Source: Octopus bimaculoides
Lineage: Eukaryota
Assembly: GCF_001194135.2 (NCBI RefSeq)
Contig: NC_068981.1
Span: 87,723,745 to 87,787,744, forward strand
Length of the DNA stretch: 64,000 nt
Direction of reading: 5' to 3'
Shown: piece after piece, positions 11,904 to 25,614 of the stretch
Position numbering within the stretch: position 1 is the first letter of the stretch
How the letters are laid out: every line of letters starts with the position of its first letter
The notes under the pieces: generated by a model
The model's input: only the letters and a program-made list of their open reading frames with translations
Database searches by the model: none
What the model was told of the DNA's origin: nothing
Made by a program: the position numbers and the translations under genes

Positions 11904-12612
11904 CAGTGCCGTGCAAAAGTCTTCAACCACTTTAAACTGTTGTAAATTTCTACTAATTGCCAACTTATCAGTGGATGTTTCATATTGCATGTTTTACAGA
12001 TGAAACATTGGCCCTTTTGGAGTCATTTCCATACTTAATAATTTTTTGTAGTAGGGGTTCTGAACAAGAGGGGAAGATGCGAGATGATGACTAAAAATAG
12101 CCATACAAAAGTTTTCGGCCATTTCACATAAACCAATCAAGATAGTGTTTTAAAACAGAAAAATGTCTATAATTAAAATTTATTACATAATGTTCATTTC
12201 AAGAGGTCACTGTACATTGTTAATATTTCATATGGCTTCTCTTAGCTTGAGTAATTGCTTCAATGCACTTGGGAAGAGATGTGTACAAATCCTTCATCTT
12301 CACAGGTATGAGATGCTATTCTCTGTGACTGAGCTCCCACAAATCTTCAAGATTGCATGGATTCTTCTGACGAACTCTTCTCTTTGGTTTTGTCCACATT
12401 TTCTCAATGCTATTTAAGTCAGGGCTCTGAGCTGACCAGTCTTGCAATATGGTAACACCTTCATTGGCCAGACTGTTGTGTTGCATGCAATCTGTAGCAT
12501 GGAGCTCTGTCATGCTGAAAAATCTCACCTTCATCCAAGTCTGGTATAAAATTGTTGTTCAGCAACTGGATTTATTTGGCACTATTCAAGTTGCTGTCAA
12601 TTTTAACCAACT
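11904..12612 (-). mobile_element. Tc1-like (DD34E) transposon, 3' part with terminal repeat
   Basis: IFQHDRAPC...DWSAQSPDLNSIEKMW; end reads TA|CAGTGCCGTGCAAAAGT at 11904, next to a SINE microsatellite. Confidence 0.8.
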
Positions 12613-12862
12613 TGTGAGTGAATTTGGTAGGTGGAAACTGAAAGCAGCCTGGCATGTATATATGTATATATTTGTGTGTTTGTTTGTCCCCACCGCCATC
12701 ACTTGACAAACGATGTTGGTGTGTTTATGTCCCCATAACTTAGCAGTTTGGTAAAAGTACTAGGCATACAAAGAATAAGTCCTGGGGTCAATTTCATTGA
12801 CTAAAACCCTTAAAGGTAGTGCTCCAGCACAGCTGCAGTCAAATAGCTGAAACAAGTAAAAA
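12613..12862 (+). mobile_element. SINE family A, 5'-truncated
   Basis: gtgagtgaatttggtag...ctgaaacaagtaaaa. Confidence 0.7.
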
Positions 12863-12995
12863 AGAAATTTATTTAAATATTTGCATTAATCATAACCCTT
12901 TTTTTTTTTTTGCCTTCAGATTAAACCAAATAATTATTTGAAATAGATGATTCTTTGATTTTCACTTATTTATGTTTCTATTTCCGTTTACCTAG

Positions 12996-13158
12996 ATGAC
13001 AATTCCGGCAGGTAAGACTCCAATCAGTCACCTGCAGGAATTGTGTACTAAGCGTGGCCTCACTCCACAGTATGACTTGATCTCCAACGAAGGGGCCACT
13101 CATGAGCCCACTTATATGATGCAGGTCACCGTTGGTGAAATTGTAGCAACTGGAAAAG
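12996..13158 (+). CDS. TARBP2: TARBP2-like coding exon 1 (dsRBD1 N-terminal part)
   Basis: cctag|ATG acceptor directly before ATG; MTIPAGKTPISHLQELCTKRGLTPQYDLISNEGATHEPTYMMQVTVGEIVATGKG; donor G|gtaact. Confidence 0.92.
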
Positions 13159-16100
13159 GTAACTTTTTTTTTTTTCATGAATAGATATTTCTTTCATAAT
13201 TCTCAAATATTAAGTAGAGTGACCAGGTTTATCAAGCCTTATATCCGTATAAACAAGGTGATAACTTGTAACTCTTGTGTACATTGACTTTTTCTTTAGG
13301 TCATATAGATTGGTTTGCCTCAATTTTACTTACCATTTGAAATTGAAAATGAGGTGTGCCAGTTTCTAAAATATACTTTCAGAGAGATAGCTGGTATTAA
13401 AAGGAACTCTGATTTGATCTTCTTTCTCTCTTTACCACTCACTCCCTCCCTCTCTATCATATGTATATTAATGTTTCAAGTTACGAGTGTGCTCAATAAA
13501 TTTGTATAAAAGTTGGTGTAAATAATAGGGCATAGGAAAACAAACCAAGCAGTGCATATTAAAATACATTTTATATCTAGATCTAAGCTTAAGTATTAAT
13601 GTCCCACTTGGTAATCATCAGTTGAGGGAGATTATTTACAGATTTCATCCCTGATACACATGCTGTGGTAATTGGAGCAGAAGGGAAGCAAATCAGAGTG
13701 TTATTACTGTCACACTAAAATGGCATTCCTACACTGCATTATTTATGCTGTAACTGACAGTTTTATGCAAATTTATTGAGCACTCTTACTAAAATTATTA
13801 CGAAAATGCATTATGATGTATTTTGTAAAATTTATATAAGCTCATATCCAAATTTGAATTGATTTTAGGTTTACATCAGTTAAATTTTGTGTGAAGCAAA
13901 TGCACATTGTAATGTTTTAGTGTGGTGATATGATAGCTCCTTTCTAATTTATTTTGCTTCAAATAGTGATTTTGTTATTTTCTACTGAGGATAATTGTGT
14001 AAGATCTGAAACTCAAGCTTGTGTCTTGTTATATATATATTTTTTATTCATATTTATCTCATTTGTTATTGTATGTCCAATTGTTTACATTATGTATACA
14101 TATATATTAGATAGTTTTTGTTACCTGAGTGACCCAATTAGTGCTGAGTGGTAGTTGTAGTGGCTCTATAATTAGAATAAGAAAGAGGTAGCAGTTTCAG
14201 ACACTTGTTACCTCTACTGGTAACAAGCAGGATTTTGCAAAGTGTGTGAAAATTCAATCCCATTTCATTCATGTAATGAGCAATTAACAAACAGTCAATT
14301 CAGATATTGTATAATTTATAAGATCAAAATCAAGAAGTAATAGATTAGTCAAAAATAATCAAAAAAACTTCAGCTTAAATGGGAAAAAAATGATAACATT
14401 TTATTTAGTTGTGTGTGTGTGTTTATTTTGTGTTGGTGTGTTCAGTGGAGGAACTGAAAATGCTGTTACTTCCTTCTGAAAATTTACTATAGCTGTTGTC
14501 CATATTGATATTAACATTACTTAATGAATTGATTTGAATTGTAATAAATGAAGAAATTTGCTGATTGTCTGTTTTAGGATCTAGTAAGAAGAAGGCTAAG
14601 CATGCCGCCGCATTAGCAGCTTACAACCAAATTCTTGGCATCAAGAGTGAACAGCAACCAGATGGCAGACAGTATGTTTGTTTATTTTCTTTATTACTAC
14701 ACGGTATTTCAGCACCAGGTCTGTGACTTAGCAGAATTGATAAGTTGTCAGACAAAATGCCTTGTGGTATTTCTTTTGGCTTTTTATGTTATTAGTTCAA
14801 ATTATTTCATGATTTTGTCCGCCATCCTTCTTGAACTGATGTATTAAAGTACCTAGCAAAGTACAAGGGTGCAGCCCTCACTCTCCAACTGTCACAACTT
14901 TAACCTTTTAGCATTTGAACTGGTCATATCTAGCCAAAATATTCTTCCTGTTTTATGTTAAAACTGGCCAGATACAGCCTCTCACACCTACCCTACAAAG
15001 TTAATCTAAAAAATATATAGTCACACAATCGAAATCTCAAAGCTACAAGATAATCCAGGATAAATTCAAGACAATATGGATAAATAAATGTTACATTTGA
15101 TAGAATAATCTGAATGCTAAAAGGCTAAGATTCAGCTGAGATCAAGGAAGTAAAGGTCAAGACGGTATCTTGACTGCTTGCAATTTAAGGGTATCCAAAA
15201 CCAAGGTGAATATATTGTGCATGCTACTACAGTCATACATAATTAGAAAAGACAACCAAATTATCTCAACACCATTGAAACTCTAATTTCTGACTAAAGA
15301 CCTTACAGGGTGCTTTCCAGGGCTCTTTGTGTATTGGCTACCGAATGCTATTATACAGTGGGATTTCTTCTGTCACTAGATATGGAAATCTGCAAATATA
15401 AATAAAGAATACAAGTATTCATTCATATATATATATATATATATATATAAATGATTTTTTTTACTTGTTTCAGTCATTTGACTGGCCATGCTGGAGCAGT
15501 TTCTGTGTACCAGACTGCTTCATAAGGCATTGGTCAGCCTGGAACTATAGAAGATCTCTAAGGTAGCATGCAGTGGTTCCAAACTTGAAACCATATGGTT
15601 GTGAAGTAAACTCCTTAACTGTTCGATCATCATCATCATTTAATGTTCTTTTTCATGCTGGCATGAGTTGGATGGTTTGACAGGAGATAGTTAGTCACAG
15701 AGCTGCCCAAGTTCCGGTTGTCTGTTTTGGCATGGTTTCTACAGCTGGATGTCCTTCTTTATGCCTACCGCTTTACAGTGTGTATTGGGTGCTTTTTACT
15801 TGGTGCCAGAATGAGTACCTTTCATGTGACAATGACACAAGTGCTTTTTACATGGCAACAGCACAGGCCTGTATGGATGGATGGCTACATTCTGAAACAC
15901 AGCAAATCACCAGAAGTCTCAGTCCTTCATCATCTTCTCAGTAGGGTCCAATGTTTGGAGATCCTTTCTCATCACCTCATCCCATGTCTTCCTGGGTCTA
16001 CCCCTTCCACAGGTTCCCTTAAAATATTTTAGGTTAGATGGGTAGAAGGGATTGTTAAATAATTGTTCATTGTCAACTGAATTTAAGCAGTTCATTTGTT

Positions 16101-19100
16101 CTTCACTTTTCCAGGGACTAATCTTAACCATATTCTTTTGAGAGATTATGCAGAGATATCTTTTCTTACTAGTCTGTTGGGTGTCAGCTATATTTAGAGG
16201 AACCAAGACGGTATCTCAGTAAATTTTTATTATTTTGTTGATATGCCTGTGCCAGTGGCATGTAAAAAGCACCCACTACATCTCGGAATGTTGGCATTAG
16301 GAAGGGCATCCAGCTGTAGAAACTTTGCCAGTTCAGATTGGAGTCTGGTGCAGCCTACTGGCTTGCCAGTCCCTAGTCAAACTATCTAACCCATGTCAGC
16401 ATGAAAAGCGGACATTAAACAATAATGATGATGATTGTAACACAAATATTTTTATGTTGATCTTTTTAGTTTCATTAGTTTATTTTATTTTATTTCTATT
16501 TTTTTTAAGATCACCTGTTTCAGAGGAAGGCATTCCTGGAAATCCAATTGGTGAACTGCAAGAATTTGCACAAAAAAATCTCATCCGACCCCCTATTTAT
16601 GACCTAGATAGCCCACAGGGTCCACCTCATGCTCGTGAATTTTACTGCACTGTTAAGCTTGGCAAATTCCAAGAAAGAGGTTTGTTTTCTTCATTTTTTG
16701 TTATCTTTACTTTTGGCTATTTTAAGATTGCTAAAGATTGATTAATTCCAATACCAGTAGACTCTTGAGGTCTTGGAAATGTTGAAACTTTCCCCAAATT
16801 TATAAAATATTTTTGTTAGGTATAAAGAATAAAATATATTTAAATAATTACTTTTTTTTTTACCATAATTCTGTTAAAATAGACTTGCTTTATTTTCATT
16901 AATTTTCAAAATAATGAAGAATTTAGTAAAATAACTTTGTCATTATTCAGCTAGTGATTGAAATATAAATTAACATGAAATTTTGGAAGAATTCAATTTA
17001 GATCACTTTAAAATGGGAGGTTTGTATCATAGAACCAGGGGTGGTCTTAGACAGGTTGGTATCAAAAAGGTTAATGATGTACCTCAGAGCATATTATGCT
17101 GTAAATAATAACTTATAATACATTCAGTTAAAAACCTCTCATATGGAAAAAAAGGTGGCAGAAAACTACCTGCAGGTTCAAATTGTGCATCTTCTATAAC
17201 CTAGACAGACTTGCTCCCAGTTTCCACAAATCAACCTTCTGTCTTAAATTTCTGCTAACTTGCCAATTATTGATTTTCTTCTTTCTTCTTTTTTGTATTC
17301 AACCTATATTTTCACAATGAGATCTGAAATGTGTATTTGGATGCAGGCAATGCTGAAATATGTATTTTCAGTAGCTAATTGTTTAGGGCTAATAGATTTC
17401 AAATCATTGTATAAATCTAAAGAAGCTTATTGTAAAATAGCAAGTACATTAGGCTGTAATGAGATATTCTTCTACCCTGTGTCACCTACCAATGAAGGAG
17501 TTAGATTAAGATTTGATTTCTGAAGTGAGCTTAGGTTGGATAAAGTACTGAAGAGATAAAGGAGAAGTTGTTGTGTGGACCTACCCATCCTATAGGAATG
17601 TCAAAAAATTTCATCAGTAAATACATGTTATAATTCTCATTAATTTATGTTAGACCAACTTACTGAACTAAAATAATTCAAGAGAGTGGTTGGAAATTAG
17701 AAGCATCAGATGTTGCTTTTATGTAAAAAAAATATAACATTGTCATGCTTAGCATAAGAATATATCCATGTAGGATTGTTAGAGTGGGCATCAAAATTTG
17801 TAATATTTTATTAGATACTTTGTCTATTTACAACTAAAAAATTAGTAGCATATGTACTATTGTGTACTTTTGAACTCAGTATTTTTAATCTAGTTCTCTT
17901 TTCATAATGAAGTAAAAAGAATTTTTAATGAGTTTTTGTCTTGTTGTTAATCTAAATATAGTTTATTATATCCTATTTATGATTTAATTGTTATATTGTA
18001 TTCTTAGGTACTGGACGTTCCAAGAAAAGTGCAAAACGAGCTGCTGCCCACTCTATGCTGTTGCGTATCCAAAGCCTACAAGCTGAAGGCACCAATACTC
18101 CTGTCATCGAGGATTCTGAAGAAGATGAGATCCCTCTTGTAAGTAAAGCAGTATATTTTGCAGTTATTAAATATTTCCAATATTTTTTTCCTAAAGTAAA
18201 CTGTTCTCAGCACAAAATTATCTAAGTTTAATTTTCTTTTATTACATCCATTACTGAACTTAGAAGATTTATGCTAAAAGGCAGGTTACTTGGGTATTGC
18301 CTATGAGCTTGTTCAAATTTCTTTACATAGTCTATTTTGGTCAAGTAATTAATTATGGTTGATATTAGAAGGAATATGTTAGGATATTTGCTTACAAAAA
18401 AAAAAAAAAAAAGCATGATGGTTTCTGATGGTTCATCAGGGATCCACTCGTTCTATGATAACTTGGGTGTGTTTTAATTTGTGTGTCCTTATATGTAGGT
18501 AGATATTCTGTACAGAAAAAGAGAGGGCCTAAAATTTACATTCTACTGAAAAAGGGGATGTAATTTGATCAATACATCAACTGCACCATTTGTTTACAAT
18601 CCTCATTTTATGTCTGCTTTCCATGCTGGTTTTGCTTGAGCAGGTCATTTATGCTCTATGACTTGTGGAGTTTTTAATACCTTTATAGATGGATCAGAAA
18701 CCCTGTTTCACTCACTCCATTTCTGACATAGTTTCTAATACCAACCATCATCTTACAGTGTACTGGGTGCATTTTATTATGGTAGCAGCACTAGAGAATT
18801 TACCTTAGCCCTACTGGTTACAGAGCCCTGTTCTACATATGGAATTTCCCTATATCTCCCACTTGGCACTGTATTCAATATGAATTAGGTATCATAAGAA
18901 TTTAGTGACCATTTTCATCTGAACAATCCCTGATAACCACTCTTTCACTGTTTCCATCACTAATATGGATGGTGTATTTAATGCTGCTCCCGTATGTGGT
19001 TCCACTGTATATTTTAATCATCATCATCATTTAATGTCCACTTTCCATGCTGGCATGGGAAGGACAGTTTGACAGGATTGGGCAAACCATAATTCTGTGT

Positions 19101-21743
19101 TGGACTTCAGTGTCATCTTTGGTATGTTTTCTACAGCTGGATGCTCTTCCTAATACCAACCACTTTACAGTGTGTACTTGCTTTTTTTTTTTTTTCTTTT
19201 TCTTTTTTTCATGTCACTGGCACAGAACAGAGAGGAAAAGGAAAAAAATCTCCCTCTACTAAATGTTGATGAAAATTCATTTTCATACTTGGAATGGCAT
19301 TTTTATACCATTCCTAACTCTTGATGCTGTCGTCATTTTGTCAAACTGCCTTTTGAATACTATTTGTTTATATTTTATAATGTTATTTCTAAATGACAAA
19401 GCCATAAATTTGGTGAGTTTAAAAACTGTCAATTATATTGATCTCAGTGCTTGACAAGTGCCATTTTATTGATTCCAGAAGGATCAAATGTGCACCTTGG
19501 TGGAATTCAAACTAAGAACATAAGATGTCATAAATAATGCAAGACATTTTGCCTGCCCAGCTATCAATTCTCACATTCATGTTTGTGTATGATATTGACA
19601 GGAGAATAATTATTAAAACTATTTTTCTGTTAGGCTCTTTAAATGTTGCAAAGGGTCGTCTCTGATTTTTTTCATCATCATTTAGCAAGTTTTCAATGCT
19701 GTTATGAGTAAGATGGTTTGACTGAGTTAATAGACCAGAGAACTGCACTGGGCTCCAGTCTGTTTTAGGTTGGTCTCCTTTCCTAATGCCAACCACTTCG
19801 CAGAGTGTAGTGGGTGCCTTTTACATGTCACCAGCACTGGCCACAATATATATATGTATAGATATATGTGTGTGTGTTTATACATACATTATATTATATA
19901 TGTTGTGTTGTCTCTGTTAAAATGTTTTCGACATTTTTACAGAATATTCACATGTAAGCATATAAATTTAGTCATGGCTGCTTCCTTACCATTCCAAACT
20001 GGGTAGCAGAAGGAAAAAGATCCAAATGTAAAATGCTTACTGCAGATACATATAGCTTTGTATTTTCATGTTACCTTGCTAATTTGATTCATACAAACCA
20101 CTAAGGCATAAGGATACTTGAAAATTTTGCTTTCTTGTGTCAAATGCCTTCGACTATGCCTAGTAAGTGGATTTAGTAGACAGAAAATGAAAGAAGCCCG
20201 TTGTGTGTGTGTTTGTATCTTCTTGTCTTGACATGGCGTGAAAGTTGTGACTCCGTATCATTTTCATACAAGCAATGTCATTCATTTCTAATATCCTGAA
20301 AGAACATTTCTGGCTTTGGGGAGATATTATGTTGCTTGGAAACTGCCTCAAATAAACTCAGTCTGACCCATACAAGCATGGAAAAGTGGATGCTAAATGA
20401 TGATGATGATGGTGATGTTGAGCATCCAGGATAGGTAAAACCTATCTCACATGTATATCTAATCACAGCAAGATGGTCAGGGTGGGCATAGAAAGTTTTA
20501 AATTACCAAGCAAATATTATTGTGATGAGTAGAAAACAATGGTTTCTTCAATTGATATGTTGCTATCCTATCAACTAGACTTGCTACAACTTTTAGAAAC
20601 AAAAACAACTACATTTTAAAGGAATTTTTACATGCATTGAATTTTCCTCTAGATCTTCTTAATTTAAGAAAATTTCTTAATGCTATCTTTTAACAGAGTT
20701 CAGAACCAAGGCTTTCATTTTATTCACACCTAAAGGAGCGTGTTAGTCATTCTTACTCTAAACCTAAACAAATAGACAAAGAAATTCAACAATTTTATGA
20801 CAAAGTAGTCAATTCTAGTGCTAAGAAGAACAATTCTTGCATGGATGTGAAAATGAACTATTGCCAGATGTTACAAGAAATTGCTGAAGTACAACGTTTC
20901 ATGTTGACTTATCATGACCTTTCAGAGAGAACCACTGAAGGTAAGTTCTTTTCACCACAAATTCCTTGTTTTTCAATGATGTTACATTTTCAGTTAGAGT
21001 CTAGGTAAATACTTTAAAATATTAGACACCTATTTCTGTTAATGTCAGTATCTTTTGGTATGCAATTTTAATACAGCTATATAACACATATGTAGACTTG
21101 TATTATATTAACCCTTTAGCATTTAAACTGGCCATATCCAGCTAAAATATCCTATCTGTTTTATGTTCAAACCAGCCAGATCTGGCCTCTCACAATACCC
21201 TACAATGTCATTCTAAAACTAAACAATTGCATCATTGAAATGTCAAAGCTACGAGATAATGCATAATTAATTCAAGCAATGTGAATAAATAGTCTTTATA
21301 TTTGATAAAGATAATCTGAATGCTAAAGGGTTACAGATATATTTTATGTTTAACCTTCTTGTTACCATATTATTACTGTCTTACTGTCTTTCTAGCTATC
21401 TATTAATTTTGAAAATAATCAGGAATTTATGAAAATAACTTGAATTATTATTAAGCTGGTGTTTGAAACATAAATTAACATGAAATTTTGATGCAAGGTT
21501 TTTATCAAGGTCACTTTAAGGCAAGGAGTTTGTTTCATAGAATGAGGGGTTGTATCAAAAAGGTTAAATTGTAAAAACTTCAGAGATGTTTGTTTTCTTG
21601 TTTCAGGTTTCTTCCAATGTTTTGTCCAAATGACAGTCGTCCCTGTTGCTGTGTGCCATGGGACGGGACCAACTATGGAAGAAGGGCATGGTAAGGCTGC
21701 TCATAATGCGCTGCAGTATTTGAAGGCTGTTAATAAGACATAA
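12996..21743 (+). CDS. TARBP2: TRBP/PACT/Loquacious-family dsRNA-binding protein (RISC-loading complex subunit TARBP2-like / PRKRA-like); join(12996..13158,14578..14671,16510..16679,18008..18138,20697..20940,21607..21743), 939 nt, 312 aa
   Basis: Six exons with AG/GT boundaries splice in frame (phases 1,2,1,0,1) into three dsRBDs: KTPISHLQELC...KKKAKHAAA; NPIGELQE...GPPHAREF...SKKSAKRAAA; and a C-terminal type-B domain NYCQMLQEIAEVQRF...AVCHGTG...AAHNALQYLK. The symbol is a family-level call; the gene is equally related to PRKRA/loqs. Confidence 0.93.
14578..14671 (+). CDS. TARBP2: TARBP2-like coding exon 2 (dsRBD1 helix 2)
   Basis: ttttag|GA; SSKKKAKHAAALAAYNQILGIKSEQQPDGRQ; donor CA|gtatgt. 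Confidence 0.92.
14900..15128 (+). mobile_element. piggyBac-like MITE family P1
   Basis: ttaaccttttagcattt...aatgctaaaaggctaa. Confidence 0.7.
15626..16015 (-). mobile_element. older RTE 3' end in TARBP2 intron 2
   Basis: GTCGRGRPRKTWDEVMRKDLQTL plus the shared 3' UTR and CAT tail. Confidence 0.72.
16243..16437 (+). mobile_element. RTE 3' UTR fragment with GAT tail
   Basis: ggcattaggaagggcatccagctgtagaaac...catgaaaagcggacattaaac..gatgatg. Confidence 0.7.
16510..16679 (+). CDS. TARBP2: TARBP2-like coding exon 3 (dsRBD2)
   Basis: ttttaag|A; SPVSEEGIPGNPIGELQEFAQKNLIRPPIYDLDSPQGPPHAREFYCTVKLGKFQERG; donor G|gtttgt. Confidence 0.92.
16851..17074 (+). mobile_element. piggyBac-like MITE family P2
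   Basis: Shared body; right end ggtatcaaaaaggttaa. Confidence 0.68.
18008..18138 (+). CDS. TARBP2: TARBP2-like coding exon 4
   Basis: ttcttag|GT; TGRSKKSAKRAAAHSMLLRIQSLQAEGTNTPVIEDSEEDEIPL; donor |gtaagt. Confidence 0.92.
20697..20940 (+). CDS. TARBP2: TARBP2-like coding exon 5 (linker and start of dsRBD3)
   Basis: ttttaacag|AGT; 244 nt open, ending NYCQMLQEIAEVQRFMLTYHDLSERTTEG; donor G|gtaagt. Confidence 0.9.
21108..21334 (+). mobile_element. piggyBac-like MITE family P1
   Basis: ttaaccctttagcattt...aatgctaaagggttac. Confidence 0.75.
21350..21567 (+). mobile_element. piggyBac-like MITE family P2
   Basis: ttaaccttcttgttacc...gtatcaaaaaggttaa. Confidence 0.68.
21607..21743 (+). CDS. TARBP2: TARBP2-like last coding exon (dsRBD3 end, stop)
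   Basis: tttcag|GT; FFQCFVQMTVVPVAVCHGTGPTMEEGHGKAAHNALQYLKAVNKT, TAA at 21741-21743. Confidence 0.92.
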
Positions 21744-23766
21744 CCATATTACCCAGGGAGTTACATAGCCTCACGCTGTAAATTGGTATCATAGCGGCTC
21801 CATCTAACTTATGTTTCCTAATTTATCTACTCAATGTTATGTGTTATAGGTGAATGAATGGACTGTTGGATATGGATGGTTGTATACTATGCATGAGCAT
21901 GTTAAGTTTTTACACAAACTTTTTATCAATTTACATCATGGGCAACTAGTCTGACAGGTTCCAATTCAAAATTTGGTGTCTTTCTATTTTATTTTGGAAC
22001 TTTATTGTCGTATTTTGCTGCTATAAGAGTATTCTTGTGTTCTGGATATTACCTGTCCAGTGGTATTGTATCTTGTCATGTGTGTGTGTCATATTTAAAG
22101 CACCTTTAAAATTGTCTTTTTCTAGCAGCTTTATTCATGATTTAAAATGATTGAATAGACTATGAAAAAACATAAAAGCCCTATTGTTTTATTCGTTGTG
22201 TTAGAGAGGATTCTCTAAAGCAGCAAACAAAATATTGCTTAAGCTTTTAAAGAAAATATTACAGATTCAACAAACAAAAAAATATTATACAACATTAGTC
22301 ATTTGCTTTTTTGCAATTTATTCAAATACAAAGTAACCTACCCACCTACAAAAATGGAAAGTTTTAGCTTCATGTTTTTGAAAAATCGTCTCACTGTCAT
22401 TGTCTTTGCTTTTTTTTTCTTTATTTTTTTTCTTTTCTTTTTGTTTATGATATTATTAGCTTTTAACAACTGTTGTCATTGTTAGTGTCATTTCCAAGAT
22501 TTCCTTAACTTGCTTCAGTGTTGCACATTTTGCCCTCTGCTGTATTAATTTTGGAAAAAAACAATTAATATCATAAATCTCTGTATTTTCGAACTTGCTA
22601 AGCAGAGAGTAAACATTTAATTAATTATTATTAATGCTAATGTTTAAAAAAAAATTTCCCCTCGAACCAAAGTATTGAATTAAACGTCTTCAATTATTTA
22701 CTGGTTCTCTCAATACTTATTTCTTTCTTCATCATATATATGGGTTTAAGTTTTTCACATTACGTTAATATTTCAAATTCTTCACTGAGGGCATGTAAAG
22801 TTCATGCTATACATGGAGTTATTGTGAATTTTTGCTATTGTAATATTAATATACTTATAAATATGCATATCTGTTGCTTTGTACTTTTTTTTAAAAGAAA
22901 TTTAATATCCCCTATTACTGTATCATCTAGTAAGTTAATCCTAATTGCTATTTCTCACTACAAAGCTGTTAGTTTGAATGTGATCTAACATTTGCCTAAG
23001 GGGTTATTTTCATCTTCATATATACACACACACATACTCACACACGTTTTGTGTTTCCATTCATTTAAGAAGTATAAGCCCTGATAGTATATTTTACAGT
23101 CTGATTTATTCCATCTATACTTTTCCTCAAAGTGTTTATAATTTGGGGAATGGTCTTAATCATGAAAGTTTTATCAAACTGTCTGGTAATAATTTATTCT
23201 CTGAGCAATTATTATAATTCCTTTCATTTTCTGTTACAAACTGACACTTCTCAAAATTGCTTTTATCTAACAGGTGTTAGGCCATAACAGTGTAATGCAG
23301 TTAAATTTCCTGTGATGTATTTTAATGTTCATTAACAGTTTTGTAATGATTTTTTTTTTTTATATTTAGATTTGCATGATGATTTGTTTGTCTCCATTAG
23401 CATGTATAATTATAAACTTTCCTCTACTCTATTTCTCTTGAAAAAATACCATTTTCATCCTTTTGGTCATTTAAATAATAATTTAATGATATCAGAAGGC
23501 TGGAAAACACATTGGCATTTGTGTTCAGTTTTGTCATGAATTAAAAATTCCTTTTTTTTTATTATATATATATATAAATAAATTGATATTTATATGTCTG
23601 TGTATACATATGCATATCTATATGTACACATATGTACAAATGCTTGTATACATATTTATAATTATTTATGTTTAAATATGCATGCACATACATACTCATA
23701 TGCATAGATATATATGTGTCTGCATTTTACATATATATATAATATGCACATACATGTGCATCTGTA

Positions 23767-23802
<36 letters not shown>

Positions 23803-25560
23803 CATACACACACACACACACACACACACATGCATACATACATGTATACACACCACACACAAACACATATATAAAGTCTCTTATTACTTATTTAAACTCT
23901 TACACTCTTGCTAACAGAGCATCATGGATTTTTATTAGCCCAGCTGCAACTTTGCCAATTGTTTTTTCTTTTGGCATATCAGTAATTTGATTTATTAAAG
24001 CAAATACCAAAGTAGTTAATGAAAAGGCAGAAAAATTTATTAAACCTTGTCAGATTAGTTGCCGTCATTTAATGAAAAAAAAAAAAGTACCTTTCGTTCA
24101 TTTGTGACTTTAAATTCTTTCACTTTTATATTTTCCTTTGTTTTGCTGTTTTATGTCTCTTTAGTTTTACAACATCATACTAGATTATTTTGTAACAAGA
24201 ATATGGCCAATGCAGTTTTGTTTTCATTCAGCCAAGCTGGTTTCTTTTCTTTTTTTTCCTTCATTTTCTTAATTCAGCACTTCATATACATGTGGAGTTC
24301 AGACATTTACATACACTGTGCATTTGTCTGGTGTCGTGACTTTTAGAAACTCTCAACTCTAGTATAAATCACTATGCAGTTGCTTCCCAGAAGAATTAGT
24401 TTTTCCTTTCTCTTAGCACCATTTTTGTTATTGGCTTATGACTTACTTTTTTTTCCTCTATACAGATAATGAACATGGTTCTTTTCCTTTCTAATTATAT
24501 TTTCCTCTACTACTACTACTATTATTTTAATATTACTTTTATTGCAAATTATTATTATATTTGTTTCTAAAGTGTTTAGAAAAGCAAAAAGATTCAAAGA
24601 TGTTGGACAAAACTCCTAAGTCTTCCTTGTTTTAATTTTATTTTCCATTTCAATTAAGAATTGTTTAACTACATTCTATATTTCTAATTCTTTAGTTTAG
24701 ATTACATTTATACATAGACCAATATGATTTTCATTTCTCTTCATAAATTTTCCAACTAATGAAGCTTGTGTAGTCTCCCTTCACTATAAGTCTTCTCATA
24801 TTAGGCTTTTAAATATAGCTGGCGTATTTATTTTGCCATGTTTTCATTTGCTGTTTTACCTCCATATTCACAAATGATCTGTTTGCACTAACCTCAATTT
24901 TTTAGCAAGTGCTCAAAGATAAAGGTTGATTGGCAATTTATATACGGGACAGCTCCAAAAGTTCTCTTGATCCCATGATGTCACTTCAAATTAAAAGAAA
25001 TGTAGCTGCACCTACTTTCCCTACTAAGACAATAATTACTTGTTGTTATTATTCTTATTTCTCCTGTCATATCCACTGAAACAAGAACCTATTTATTTTA
25101 TTTATAAAAAATTCTTTTATATACTTTATATTATTATCTCTTGTCCTTTATGAAATTCTATTAAGAAAATGTAGATGTTTGAATCTTCAGCACCCTTGCT
25201 AGACAAGCGGTAATTTTAAAGTTGTCAGTTTTGGCAACTAATTGACAGATGTGAGGCTATGCATTACCCTGGGGGGAGATAGGAATGATTTATTTTGATT
25301 GTTTTTGGGGTTTTTTTGTCTTTTTTTGTCTTTTGTTTCTTTTTGTGACTTTTATATTATCACAATTTTTATTTGTAAGTTATTTTTATTTATTGCTTAA
25401 TTAGAGACACCTCACAAACACTATTTAATTAACATTTTTCACTGTCTGTCTGTATCTTCAGTTTTGTACACTGTATTCTTGTAAAAATCTGGAAGTGACA
25501 GTAAATAAGAAACAAAATAACAGCAAAAATATCAATAAATATAATAAAAGTAAAAAAAAA
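21744..25560 (+). other. probable long AU-rich 3' UTR of the TARBP2-like gene
   Basis: U-rich stretch after the stop with no recognisable transposon; AATAAA at 23577, 25534 and 25543, followed by U/GU-rich sequence. Confidence 0.5.
23560..23875. repeat. compound (TA)/(TG)/(CA) microsatellite in the putative 3' UTR
   Basis: Direct inspection. Confidence 0.9.
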
Positions 25561-25614
25561 ATGTGTTCTGTTTTTTTTTCCAAAAGTTATGTAAAAATTA
25601 GTTCATCGCATTTA

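Noticed and set aside
21688-21696. Donor-like ATG|GTAAGG inside the last TARBP2 exon
   Set aside because: No downstream acceptor with a plausible alternative C-terminus was found; using it would truncate conserved dsRBD3.
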